Shown in pieces: positions 39,716 through 51,420 of a DNA stretch of 64,000 bases. This DNA comes from Camelus dromedarius (taxonomy: Eukaryota). Under the pieces are notes generated by a model. That model saw only the letters and a list, made by a program, of their open reading frames with translations, did no database searches and was not told the DNA's origin. Location: contig NC_087437.1 of the NCBI RefSeq assembly GCF_036321535.1, positions 76,944,001 to 77,008,000 on the forward strand. The letters run 5' to 3'. The number at the start of each line of letters is the position of its first letter. Positions within the stretch are counted from its first letter, which is position 1. Position numbers and translations under genes: made by a program.

Positions 39716-40787
39716 TTCAGGTGTTCTGTTTTTGCTTTTGTTGTCACACGCATGTGCAGTCAATATGAGCTCGGACAAAATGATTCACCAGTCATATCCG
39801 AACCTGTTGCTCCAAAGGAGAAGGATAGCTCTGCAAATGTGAAATTTCAGTTTGACTTAAAATGAGAAGGGACTTTTCCTAAGAGAGAATTTTAAAACTA
39901 GTCTCAACGAGCAAGCATGCGGATAAAGCAGACGAGTTCCTTCAGTGAGAGGAAACGAGCTGTCATGTAACTCCACCATTTTCAGATTTAAAAAGAACTT
40001 AATAAACATGATAAAAAAAAAAAAAAAAAAAAGAGCTTCGCTTTAGAATTGCTAAGGCCCTGGGGCAAGAAAAGGGCATTTAGAACCCACTAGAATATAT
40101 AGGGACAACAGGAAGTGCTATACACAGAAGATGATTCCTGTGCAACAAACAGGGACTGCTTCCTTAGCAAACTGGTTAAGGCTCACGAAGTTTCTTACTG
40201 AGGAGTTACAGGAGACAGTATCAGAACTCATTGTACAGGCTGTAGATTTCACTCCAGCTTTCTCATCAAATACCTTGTTAGTGCTTCCAGAATGCCAGAA
40301 ACTGTTCTAATGCTCTGGGGATAGAATGAAAGAGAAAGCTGCAACTCTCAGAGAGCTTACACTCACTAGTAAACAAGGAAATCAATCAATCAGTCCATCG
40401 TATTGTTTTGGATGGTGATAGACACTCTACAGATGATAGAAGAAATCAGAGTGACAGGGTCGAGGGAATGCATGGCCCACGGGGTTGGGGAAAGTCTCCT
40501 GAGCTCAGACCTCCATAGTGAGAGAGCCAGGCGAGCTCTGAGATGTGCAGCAAAATGGTTCAGCAGGAAGCAAGAGCAACGGCAGAAGCTTTGCAGCAGG
40601 GATGGACTTCGCAGACTATAACTTGAGTGTGGATCTCTCTACAGGGTGAGGTTCCAGTCACTTCCAACAAAAATTTTATATTTATTTAAAGATGCTATGA
40701 AATATGAACACCTACACTGATAGAATCATCATTCAGTTGCTCAGAGAGCAGAAACAGTTAAGTCCCACCCCCTCTTTGCACATGCAC

Positions 40788-40819
<32 letters not shown>

Positions 40820-42104
40820 CACTCCCCAGTACTCCATATAAAATACTATTAACTTCTGTGAATGGATTTTTTACATCTGTTAAATCTCTGTTCATTTAAG
40901 AAAGAATTCTGTAGGATGCAAAGTTTCCTTCGCTGTCTTTCTTCTTTTTTAAAAAAAATTTAATAAAAAGTCAGTTTAGTGAAAATCTGTTTATCCATAA
41001 TAAAAATGGAGTGGCTAAAATAGGAGAAATAAAGACAGAACCAGTTCAGTGTGTTCAGTGCTTCCTCTAATAAATTCTTCATGACTCTTGTTTTAATGAT
41101 GCTGGGCCTGAAACAGACTTTGAAACAGGATCTGGCTACCACAGATGCATTTACAAGAAAACCCAGAGGCCTCAAAAGAGGCTGTGCTTCATGGGGAAGG
41201 CAGGAAACATCTGTGAGCATGGGAGGACTATGCAGCTGTGGTGAGGTGGCCCTGCCAGCTTTCCATGCCGTCTCATTCACCCCAGTCTGAGGAATATCTT
41301 GAACACATAGCACACTGCAGGAGTAGACTAGAAGAGTGCTTCCCCATTCTGGAGTGCAGCCAGCCCTGATGGCTCTTCCACGCCTAGAGTGAGCCTGTGT
41401 CCAACAACCCCTGTCCAGTGTGGTTAACGATCATATATAACTGGCATTTCCTCTGCCAATCTGTAAGTCCCTTTGGAAACAGGATCCCTGTCACCTTTGT
41501 GTCTCCATATATGGGGTTTTTCTGGTTGTATTTCAGAAGATGAGTTATTGTGTGAAGTACACAATTTGATTTTCCTGATCTCTTAGCCTCCTACTTTGAG
41601 ATAACTTTTTTTTTTCTTTTTGGCTATCTACTCTTAAAGTCCCATTATTCTTATAGTTTTACTGCTTAAAAAAAAAAAAAGTAACCCTTGGAAAAGACCT
41701 GTTAAATTTATTTAAACCAGGGAATAAAGTATCATTCTCTTGAAATGTTCCTCTTGCTCTCTTCTCATGAGATTTTGCATTTTAGCTAGTGCAAGAAAGA
41801 TTTTAGTGGAAGAAAAAAAAAACAGTGCGAGGATAGTTCAGTCTGTAGGTCTCAGGTATTTATGTGTACAGGGAAAGTAAGATTTATATATTTAGTGTTC
41901 GCATAAAACCAGTTAGGCAAATGCAAATTCGATATACACATTACTAGAATTTAAATATTTCCAATCTGAGAAAGCCTCAGGTGCCTTGAGTTTCATAAGA
42001 TATTTATATACGTTCTCCTCAAACGCTTTTTATGTTTAGCTTTTCTGCCTCTCAGTAGCACTCCCTCAGTCTGCCCCTCCCTCTCTTCCTTCCTTCCTTC
42101 TTCT

Positions 42105-42550
42105 CTCTAGCATTTCTTGAGCATTTGCTGTGTTCTAGATGCTGCACTAAATGCTATGAGTATAGATATGAATAAGGTACAGGTCCTGCCCTTCAGAAGC
42201 TGGCAGGCTAGAGGAGGATGCTAAAAAGTAAGCAAATAAAAGGAATCTAATAAAAAGGGGATTGTAATAGAAATATGAAGGAAAACGCTCCAAGGAGAAA
42301 GTAAATGACTCTCGGGGAGATGCAGCAATATTCTAAAAGAAAGGACAATTAAGTATAGCTCTTGAAGGATGACTAGACATTTCTTTTTAGAAAACGGAGG
42401 AATAGCATTTCAGATAATAAGGGAAAGTATGTAAAGGAATATCAGCTTTAATAACAGTGGTGATGTCTGTGGTAAAGCACGTGGCTTGTGGGTTAGGGTG
42501 TTTGACAGTGGAGTAGGAGACAAAGCTGGAAATTAAAGTTAGGTCATGTG
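42105..42550 (-). mobile_element. L2 3' fragment (a similar one lies at ~40255-40600)
   Basis: GCATTTCTTGAGCATTTGCTGTGTTCTAGATGCTGCACTAAATGCT, GTCCTGCCCTTCAGAAGCT, CTTGAAGGATGA. Confidence 0.75.
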
Positions 42551-42954
42551 ATTAACTTGACAGCAACAATCATTGCACTCCTCCAATGTAGTGATGGCAA
42601 AGAACCCATTTTCTGAACCCTTCTTTCAGTCCTGAGACAGATTGTGTGGCCTCCTGGCTTTTGGCCCATTTCACTGGTTGGTCTTGCCCAGTCGTCTGTT
42701 GGACCCATAACTGTTGGCCTGCTTTAGGCTCAGCCCCTCAACTGTTCTCCCCTGGCATTTTCTGTTCTCTATTGCAAGAGGCTCCTTTGCAAAATATCCA
42801 AGAGCTCGCCCATCAGCGCCAAAATGAGTTTCAGTTTCCACCCTCTTCCCTTATTAGCCGACAATGCTTTCCCCTCCTGTTTCCTCATCTGTAAAATAAA
42901 GATCTTAATAGCACCTATCTCAGGGAGTAGTTGGAGTCTGAAACAATTTAAATG

Positions 42955-43500
42955 TGTGCAGAAGAGTCACCAGAGCAGGCCTGGCTGCTCCTCTTTAGAA
43001 AGCCTTCTGACAAGGTTGGCCTTGGACTGGCATTTGGAGACTGGAATGTGGGAGGGTTCCTACCCACCTAAATGATAGAGGTGGCTCACTGCACCTCAAC
43101 TGTTCAAAAAATATGGTTTGTGCTGAACACCTACTTTCCTTCTGAGAGTCTGGAATTTCAGTGACTACCAGGCAGCAGCTAATCTGCCCCTAATCAGATT
43201 AGCCCCTAATAAAAATCCTGGGCACTGGGTTTCTAGTAACCTTCCCTGGCTGGCAGTATTTCACAGGTGTTACCACACTCATGGCTGAGGGTGTCAGGCA
43301 TGTTCTCTAGGACGCCACCGAGAGGACTCTGCCTGGTTTCCCTTGGACTTCACCCCATGTGCCTTTTCCCTTTGCTGATTTTGCTTTATATCCTTCTGAT
43401 GTGACAAATCATGGCTGTGATTATGACCACATGCTGAGCCCTGTGAGTCCTCCTAGCAAACCACAGAACCTGGGAGTGGCCTTCAGGACCTCCCAACATA
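42955..43500 (+). mobile_element. MER68 (ERVL) solo LTR inserted in a MIR
   Basis: TGTGCAGAAGAGT..GCAGGCCTG, ATGGTTTGTGCTGAACACCT, CCTTTTCCCTTTGCTGATTTTGCTTT, CTGTGAGTCCTCCTAGC. MIR halves at ~42860-42954 and 43501-43560. Confidence 0.88.
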
Positions 43501-43579
43501 GCATGCAAAAAGCATTTAGGTGAGACTTAAGACATAAAATAAGCATGTAATAAACACTTTCTATTATCTACCGTCTTTC

Positions 43580-44560
43580 CTAAGATGAAGGCTTTAAGTA
43601 TCACCTGTGTGCTGATGATTACCAAGTTTATGTCAGCAGTTTAACCCTACCCCTAACTCCAGATTCATGTATCAAATGTCCGGTGTAGTAGACTGAATAT
43701 GCCCAAAAGAGACTCTGGGTTTCTGCTCCAAAAACATCTCTGACCCCTCATCAGGACAGTTAAACTCACTACCGTTCACCCCATTGCTTGAAGTCTCCAC
43801 TGTTTTCTTTTCTTTTCTTCACCCTCTACATCCAATCTATGAGTAAATCTTGTTTGACTTACTTCCAAAAAGATATCTTAACCCTTAAACACAGGTCATC
43901 AAATTGTCATTTTTCTCTTCCTGACTCCTGGCAGGGATACCCTAACCAGTCCCCTTGCCTCCATGCTTACCCCCTGCAGTATACATCTAGCAGAGCAGCC
44001 AGTATTGTTTCTTTAAATCAAAAGATATTTGCAAAGGTTAACCGATATAGATATATATATATATATAAACCAGATTTCTTCTGTATAGCACAGGGAACCA
44101 TATTCAATATCTTGTATTGTAACAACCTTTAATGAAAGTAATACGAAAATGAATATATGTATATATATGCATGACTGGGAAAGTGTGTTGTACCCCAGAG
44201 ACTGACACATTGTAACTGACTATACTTCAGTAAAATAAAATTTTTAAAAGAGAAAAAAAGTAAGTAGAGCAATCTCTCCACTACTTAAAATCCTTTGATA
44301 CCTTCCCATGTTAATTAGAATATGACCCCAATTTCATGCCATGAGCTATAAGGTCTGCCCATCTAGCCCCTGCACACCTCCCTGGTCTCTAGTCCAGTGC
44401 TTCCCTTGGCTCACTAAGGCCTCCTGTCTCTTCCTCCAATATGCCAAGCTCGCCTCTCCTGAGCACCTCTGGATAGGGAGCCCTCTCTGCCTGGAGCACA
44501 ATTACTCCAGATTTTCTCTTGGCTGCCCCCTCTCATAAGCCAGGTCACTCTTAGACCACG
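43580..44560 (+). mobile_element. L2 remnant interrupted by a short L1 3' end at ~44024-44258
   Basis: L2: GCTGATGATTACCAAGTTTAT, AACTCCAGATTCATGTATC. L1 insert: CTGTATAGCACAGGGAACCATATTCAATATCTTGTA...GACACATTGTAACTGACTATACTTCA plus A-rich tail. Confidence 0.85.
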
Positions 44561-46584
44561 CTATTTAAGTGACCATCACTCACTTATTTTCTAGCCAGTG
44601 ATTGTTTTATTTTAGTCAGCTAGCTCTACCATAGTTTTGCTTTATTTACTTTTTATTTTTAAAATGGTTACCAAAGTCATGAAAATCATTCTCTGACCTA
44701 CCCATTCTGTCCTCATTCTTTTCCCCAGAAGCAACCACTTGGAACTGTTTCTTCTCTTCTTTCTTCTCATAGTAAGCGATTTAATCCTAAATGATATATA
44801 TTTCATCATTTATCAGCTTTAGTCATATCTGTTTTCTTCCCACCTTGAAAGATGGTTTAATTCATTTGCATCACTCTTAATTTTCCCTCATCCATAACTG
44901 CCAAAGCTGGTAAGTATATTATCAATTACTTCTACTTTTTGCTTTTAAACTTTTAATAATATACAGAATTTTCAATGTCCTCCCCCATCAACCTCAGACA
45001 TTATCTCCTGAGTCCCCACCATGAAAAATGATATTTCTGTCCCTGCTCTCCTTTTCACATCTAATCACCTCCCAGTTACTGTATGTGAACAGTTTTCCTT
45101 TTATCGGGATTTATAGCATTGAAATTCTATTCTGAACCGTATTTTTTTCCTGTTTTGATATATTTAAAAAACCAACTATGGTGGAAATAAAAAAAAAAAA
45201 AGGAGTCCAGATTCTTCTTCTTTTTTCTTTTCTTATCAAAATATGCTCCCAAGAAAGTATTTGATTACTCATTCAGACTAAAATGGAATTGACTGATTAT
45301 ATCATTGTAAACATTAGGAATGAAGATGTATTGGCTGAACTTGAGGCTCAAATCATATTCTGGGTTTACAATCTCTTATCTAAAATTCTTATATTCAGAT
45401 TATTTCAGAGTTAAGCCTTTTTTGAACTTTAGAACGTTTGCATACAACATAATTCTATATCATATAGCACTTCCAACAGGGCTTGAGGCAAAGCTATGTA
45501 GTCAAAAAATGTCTTCATTAAAATATATGAATATACTAAGTAGTATAAACAGAGACTATAAATACCTTTACATCAGTTCAGACCAGATTTTCTTGCCCAA
45601 TGAATATGTGTCCAACTTACCAATTTTTTTTTCAGTTTTCAGAGCACTTTGGGTGATGAAACTGTAGATACAGGATTATGCAACAATATAAATGACAGTT
45701 TAATCATTTGGAAAACTAACTTGCATTTAGTTTCTCTTCTACTAGTTTTTACTCTTATATGACATGAATTTGTACCTTATACTTTCATATGATGCCCTGT
45801 AAGCCCATTAGCTTTGAAAGAGCAAGGTACTTGCGTAATGAGAAATATTGATTTTTATGTTCACCAGCATTTTGCCTTTGCTTGAATTTATGTAGTTTAC
45901 AGTGATATAAACTTGTTAGCTTAGTGAGTTGATTGAGAACTAGTAGATTTCTTTAGGTTGAAATTTAGAAACATTAACTTTACCTGTCTTTTCACACTTA
46001 ATTTCTCCTGTTAAATTTGGATGAGTGAGAAGTGCTTTGATATCATATAAAAGGCCACCCCTTCTTTACATTTCTGGAACACTGTAGGCAACATACTTTA
46101 TGGTTAATCACTCAGGCTGTAGAGTCAGAGATTATTCATTTGATCTCTTTTCTACTTTTTGGGTATACTTTGGGAAAATTATTTAAATTCTCCAAGACTC
46201 AATTCGCTTATTTGCGGGAAAAAAAAAATGATGCTATTCATTTTACCATATGGGTTGCTATAAGATAAAATTGAGACACAGCTATAAAGCGTTTAGCACA
46301 GCCTTTAACAGGGGCTGTATTTTATTTTTACTGTTAAAACAAAACATCCTCTGAAGGTACTTGTTATATGTGTCTCTATGAAAAAGCAAGCCACAGTATA
46401 GATGTTTATGACAGCATCTGGGAATTTATGTGTAGTTGCCTACACTTGTTCCAAAATATTAACGTATTTTTGGTTTCCTAATCTTTTTGTCAACCAAATC
46501 AGAATGTGAGTTCTAATGTGACTGAATAGCATTGTGAGGGAGTATCTGAATTCCAACAGTTACAAAGGTGAAAGTATAGGATAA

Positions 46585-47070
46585 ATATATCAGTTAACTT
46601 TTGCTGAATAGCAAACCACCCCCAAAACTTAGTAGCTTAGAAGAAAAGCTATTCATTTAGCTTACATTCTTTGTGCCAGCAGTTTGAGCTATGTTCAGCC
46701 TTCTGGTTCTTCTGATCTCAGCTGGGCTCACTCTTGTGACTGCAGTCAGCAATCAGGTTGGCTGGAGACAGGCTGGTCTGGGATGGCGTCTGCTGGCATG
46801 GCTCATCTTTGCTGCACTTTGTCTCCCATCACAGAACAGGCAAGCCTGTTGAAATAGTAGTTGAAAAAGAGTGAAAGTGAACATGGCCTCAAGAGGTTTT
46901 GATTCAGAACTGGCATAATGACATGCCACTGCCCAAAGCACATTAAAATTCCAACCTAGACTCAATGGCAGAGAATGAACTCTACCTGTTAATGGGAAAT
47001 GTTGTAAAGTCACATTGCAAATAATACGGATATAGGGACAGGGAAGATTTGAGGTTATTTTTGTAATCAT
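46585..47070 (-). mobile_element. MaLR LTR (MLT1G/H-like)
   Basis: CAAACCACCCCCAAAACTTAGTAGCTTA, CAGCTGGGCTCACTC, TGTAAAGTCACATTGCAA. Confidence 0.8.
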
Positions 47071-48079
47071 TGTGAATATGTCTAATTTTGCTGAAATACC
47101 CAAACATTGAATATTAACATCAAGAAAATAAAAATGATTCATGTGGAGCACTGAAGAAAAATCAATGGTAAGAAAAATAATGACTTGATATTTGAAGAAT
47201 ATGAGAATGAAAAACTGGAAATTAAAAATGACTGCATCTAATCTATACTTCCCCTGTGTATTTTTTTTAACATTTTTTAATTGAGTAATAGTTATTTTAC
47301 AATGTTGTGTCAAATTCCAGTGTAGAGCACAATTTTTCAGTTATACGTTAACACACATATATTCATTGTCACATTTTTTTCGCTGTGAGCTACCACAAGA
47401 TCTTCTTTATTTTTCCCTGTGCTATACACTATAATCTTGTTTATCTATTCTGTATTTTAAAATCCCAGTCTGTCCCTTCCCACGCCCTGCCCCCTTGGCA
47501 ATCACAAGTTTGTATTCTATGTCTATGAGTCTGTTTCTGTTTTGTATTTATGTTTTGTTTGTTTGTTTTTAGATTCCTCATATAAGCAATCTCATGTGGT
47601 ATTTTTCTTTCTCTTTCTGGCTTACTTCACTTTGAATGACATTCTCCAGGAACATTCATGTTGCTGCAGATGGCGTTATGTTGTCGGTTTTTGTGGCTGA
47701 ATACTATTCCATCGTATAAATAAACCACTTCTTCTTTATCCAGTCATCTGTTGATGGACATTTAGGCTGTTTCCATGTCTTGGCTATTGTAAATAATGCT
47801 GCCATGAACATTGGGGTGCAGGTGTATTTTGAAGTAGGGTTCCTTCTGGATATATGCTCAAGAGCGGGATTCCTGGGTCCCATGGTAAGTCTATTCTTAG
47901 TCTTTTGAGGAATCTCCATACTGTTTTCCACAATGGCTCTCTTTGCTTCCCTCTCCCACTCTTAATGATTTAGATGTCTTCTTTTACAATTTTGTGTTTA
48001 TTCTACTTGTAATTCATGGCAGCTATCTCCTTTCCAGTTATGAGTTTCTTATTTTTGTAGCATCCTGCTTCTTTTCTAT

Positions 48080-48960
48080 TTAGAGTCGACCTGTGAATAT
48101 TTCTTTTAGCATGGGTTTAGTGTTGCTAAACTCTTTTAGTTTTTGCTTGTCTGTGAAGTTCTTTATCTCTCCTTCTATTCTACAGGATAGCCTTGCTGGA
48201 TAGAGTATCCTAGGCTGCATCTTTTTTTCATTCAGGACTTTGCATATATCTTGCCACTCCCTTCTGGCCTTTGTTTGTGTAGAGGAATCAGCTGAGAGCC
48301 TTATGGGGCTTCCCTTGTAACTCAATCTGTTTTTCTCTTGCTGCCTTGAGGATCATTTCTTTATCCTTGACTCTGGTCATCTTGATTATGATATGTCTTG
48401 GTGTGGGTCTGTTTGGGACCCTCTGAGCCTCCTGTACTTGGAGATCTGATTCCTTCTTTAGGTTTGGGAAGTTTTCAGTCATGATTTCTTCAAATACCTT
48501 TTCAATCCCCTTTGTTCTTTCTTCCCCTTCTGGAACTACGATTATGCGTAGATTGGCACACTTTATATTATCCCATAGGTCCCTTATATTGTTTTCATTG
48601 TTTTTTATTTGTTTTTCTCTCAGTTGTTCTGATCGGGTGCTTTCTGTTGTCCTGTCTTCTAGGTCACTTATTCGTTCCTCTGCATTATCTAGCCTGCTTT
48701 GTACAGCCTTTAGGTCAGCTCTCATCTCAGCAAATGAGTTTACTAATTCTACTTGGTTCTTCTTTATAGCTTCTATTTCATTTTTGACATATTTTATATC
48801 GCTAAACTCTTTCTTTTAGTTTCTTCAGTACTTTGATCACTCCTTTTTTGAAATCTTGATCTAGTAGGCCATCCATGTCTGTTTCCTTGCTCATGCTTTC
48901 AGGGGATTTCTCTTGATCTTTTAATTGGGAGTGGTTCCTCTGCTTCTTCACATTGCTCAT
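48080..48960 (-). pseudogene. L1 ORF1p (coiled-coil/RRM/CTD RNA-binding protein), frameshifted
   Basis: Starts MSNVKKQRNHSQLKDQEKSPE (ATG at 48960). Frameshifts near 48815 and 48325. Continues in ORFs 48288..48725 and 48080..48325. Confidence 0.9.
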
Positions 48961-49139
48961 ATCTCTCTGGAACTGTGGCTTAAGGAGTATCAGTTATCTA
49001 GTTCTTCTGGAGCTGGTGTGCTCTTAATGATTTTGTCAAGAGGTCTTTGTGTCTTCGCCCTGTTTCGCGAACTCAGCTTGCTGTTTCCAGAGGCCCTCTG
49101 TTGGCACCCTAGTCTGTGCTGCTCCTAGTGGCTGTCAGC

Positions 49140-50170
49140 TAGCAGATCGCGCCCCCTCCTAACACTGGGTCAGGAGCTGAGCTCTTACCTGGTGGGTGGG
49201 CGGGTCACTCCCCCTCCCGATGCCGCAGTCAGCTGCTGCACTTCAGGGGGAGGCAGGTGGGCGGATCGCGCCCCCTTCCAGCACCGTGGTCAGGTTCTGC
49301 ATTCCTGCCCTCTCCCGAGGCTGGTTGCTCCGCTGCTCTGTGCAGCTGCCCGCTTCGCCTCTGGTCAGGGCTCTGAAGGCGGGCTCGGGGAAGACCACTG
49401 TATGGCCCCGCCCCAGCTCCGTGCCGAATCTCAGCTCGTTTGTCTTGGCAGTGCAAGTTCTCTGAGGTGCCAGGGCAGAAAGATCCTATCTGCCTCGGGC
49501 TGTAAACAAGTCTCAGTCCTACCTAGGAGGTTGTGGAGCCCCCACAGGCGGATTCAGGTCTTGGCCCTGCCCCTGCCTGGGCCCTGCGCACAGGAGGAGA
49601 TGGTGGCTGTGGCTGAGCCCTGCCTCTCTTCTCTCGAGAAGCTCCAGTAATGGTGGCGCAGGTCTGAGGAGGCAAAGGCTATGGCGCCCTTCCCCCCAGG
49701 GCACACCAGCCGTGTTGCTTTGCTTTTTTCGCAATTTATGGGGGACCGAGGTTGTTCTGCTCCATATCCCCTCCCAGCCACGGTGCACAGCCCCTTGCAG
49801 TCCCCGGGGCTGCCTCAGTGCAGCCGCCCCAGTCCTCCGCCCAGCTCAGGTGGCCTGTCCCGGGCCTCAGCTGCTGGCTCACGTCTCGGGCTGGGTGTCA
49901 CGGTGACCCTTTGTGCCCGTTTAACTCAGTTCTGTTGGTCAAATGGTGCTCAGGGCAGATCTGAGCCTTGGAGGCTCCCCTTCCGTCCTGCTGGCCTCTC
50001 CGTTGGAGGTGGGGGATCCGGCGAACGAGCGCCAGTCCTCCTTTGCCGCTCCTTCCCTGCGGGACTGGTCCTGCACTGTTTTGCTTTTTCTCCTTTAGTT
50101 TTTCCTTTTCTCCTACCAGATTTTTGGCATCTTTGTCTTTTGAAAAGGGCGATGTTCTGTCGGAGTTCGG
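49140..50170 (-). promoter_or_regulatory. CpG-island-like L1 5'UTR / internal promoter region
   Basis: The only strongly GC- and CpG-rich kilobase in the window, directly upstream of ORF1. Confidence 0.75.
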
Positions 50171-50699
50171 CAGGTGCTCTGGTTGATCTTGAATAGTGCT
50201 CATGACTCTAGACCTGATACATATATATATATTTAAGGCAGTGCAAAGGTCTAGAGAAAAATCTTTATATGCTGGTTGCATTTCCGTTTCCTATTCAACT
50301 GCAGTTCCTCTCTTAATTTTAGTAAGATGGACAGTTTGTTGCTTTAACTTTCCATAGACAAACTCTAGAAAAAAAACCTCACATAATGAAAGTGATAAAT
50401 TTCCATCTCCTGCTGTAATTTGCTGATTACAATCCTTCTTGGTGACCGAGGCTAAATAACTCTTCTCAGGTACACCCAAATTAATTTAATTTTTTTTTTT
50501 TTTTACCAATCATGTCACCTCATTCATTCATTCATTGACTCAGCTCTTCAGTCTCTTTATTGGCTTCATTATTTCTCAAATACTTATTGGCTACTCTGCT
50601 CCATTAAAATATAAATATAAATATTTAAATGTAAATCATGTTATAGACATAATATGTGTAGTTTACACATAATATGAGTTTACACAAGGAAGGACAATT

Positions 50700-51420
50700 T
50701 AGAAGAGCCCTCCTCACAAAAGCTGGCATTCAGACCTCATTGGAAAAGCTGTGATTATAATCTACTAGTTGGCAGACAAATCGCTGTGTTGTCCAGACCA
50801 GAACTGGTCCAAAGTTGCCAGCAAAGGAGGAAACAGCCATCTGGGTGCAGGCAGGCAGATACCCATAGGCAGGCATGGAAAAAGGGTCAGCTGTTAGGAG
50901 TCCACCACGGGTAGTGGCATGTGGTCTCAAGAGCAAAGTAGCTGAGTCAGGAGGACTAGAAGAAACAGTTATTTCAGCCCAGGTTTGCTGAGGCTGATGG
51001 GAAGGGGCTCAGGGGGAGACACTGGTCTGCTGCTGCCAGCATCAAGCCTGACACAGGCAGTGGTCCCTGTGCCCCAACCTGGGCAGCAAGGCAGCTGGGG
51101 AACTGTACACTGTGGGTGTGAAGTTGGGGCAGCATGACACTGGATGCATGCACACACACACACACACACACACACCCCACTGATGGATTATACAGGAGCA
51201 AAAAGGCAGCACTCCAGAATCAGGAAGAGAAGCCCCTTTTAATGTCCTTCAGTGCCCTCTATTTACAAAGCTTAACATCACACTCACAGTAAATGAGAAA
51301 GGCATAGAGTCCAGGTCTTTACAGCGGAGCAGGTGGGAGGGGAGAATGTGGAGCTGACAGGCTGCGAATCAACTGAGAACTAGCCCAGACTACTCCTTTA
51401 GCTACTCAGCTACCATCTGC
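50700..51420 (-). mobile_element. Old ERV LTR (LTR78-like) with an embedded (CA)n
   Basis: AGAAGCCCC..TGTCCTTCAGTGCCCTCTATTTACAAAGCTTAACATC..GGAGCTGACAGGC resembles the LTR78 terminus. Left boundary uncertain. Confidence 0.6.

Larger units (their letters stand above)
47260..50185 (-). mobile_element. Internally deleted lineage-specific L1: 5'UTR + ORF1 + partial spacer + last ~370 nt of ORF2 + 3'UTR
   Basis: CpG-rich 5'UTR at ~48961-50185. ORF1 peptides (LDNAEERISDLEDR, IRDLWDNIK..NLRIIVVPEGEE, IMTENFP, PIRLSAD, ARREWQDI, RILYPARLS). ORF2 C-terminus [30 protein letters not shown]. Junction at ~47938. T-rich tail at 47260. Confidence 0.92.

Noticed and set aside
46753..47313. Longest ORF in the track (186 aa, minus)
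   Set aside because: It reads from the L1 3'UTR/tail through AT-rich flank into an MLT1 LTR. It is a chimeric repeat frame with no recognisable domain.
49192..50281. Cluster of overlapping ORFs suggesting a gene with a CpG-island promoter
   Set aside because: It is explained by the GC-rich L1 5'UTR directly upstream of L1 ORF1, not a host first exon.
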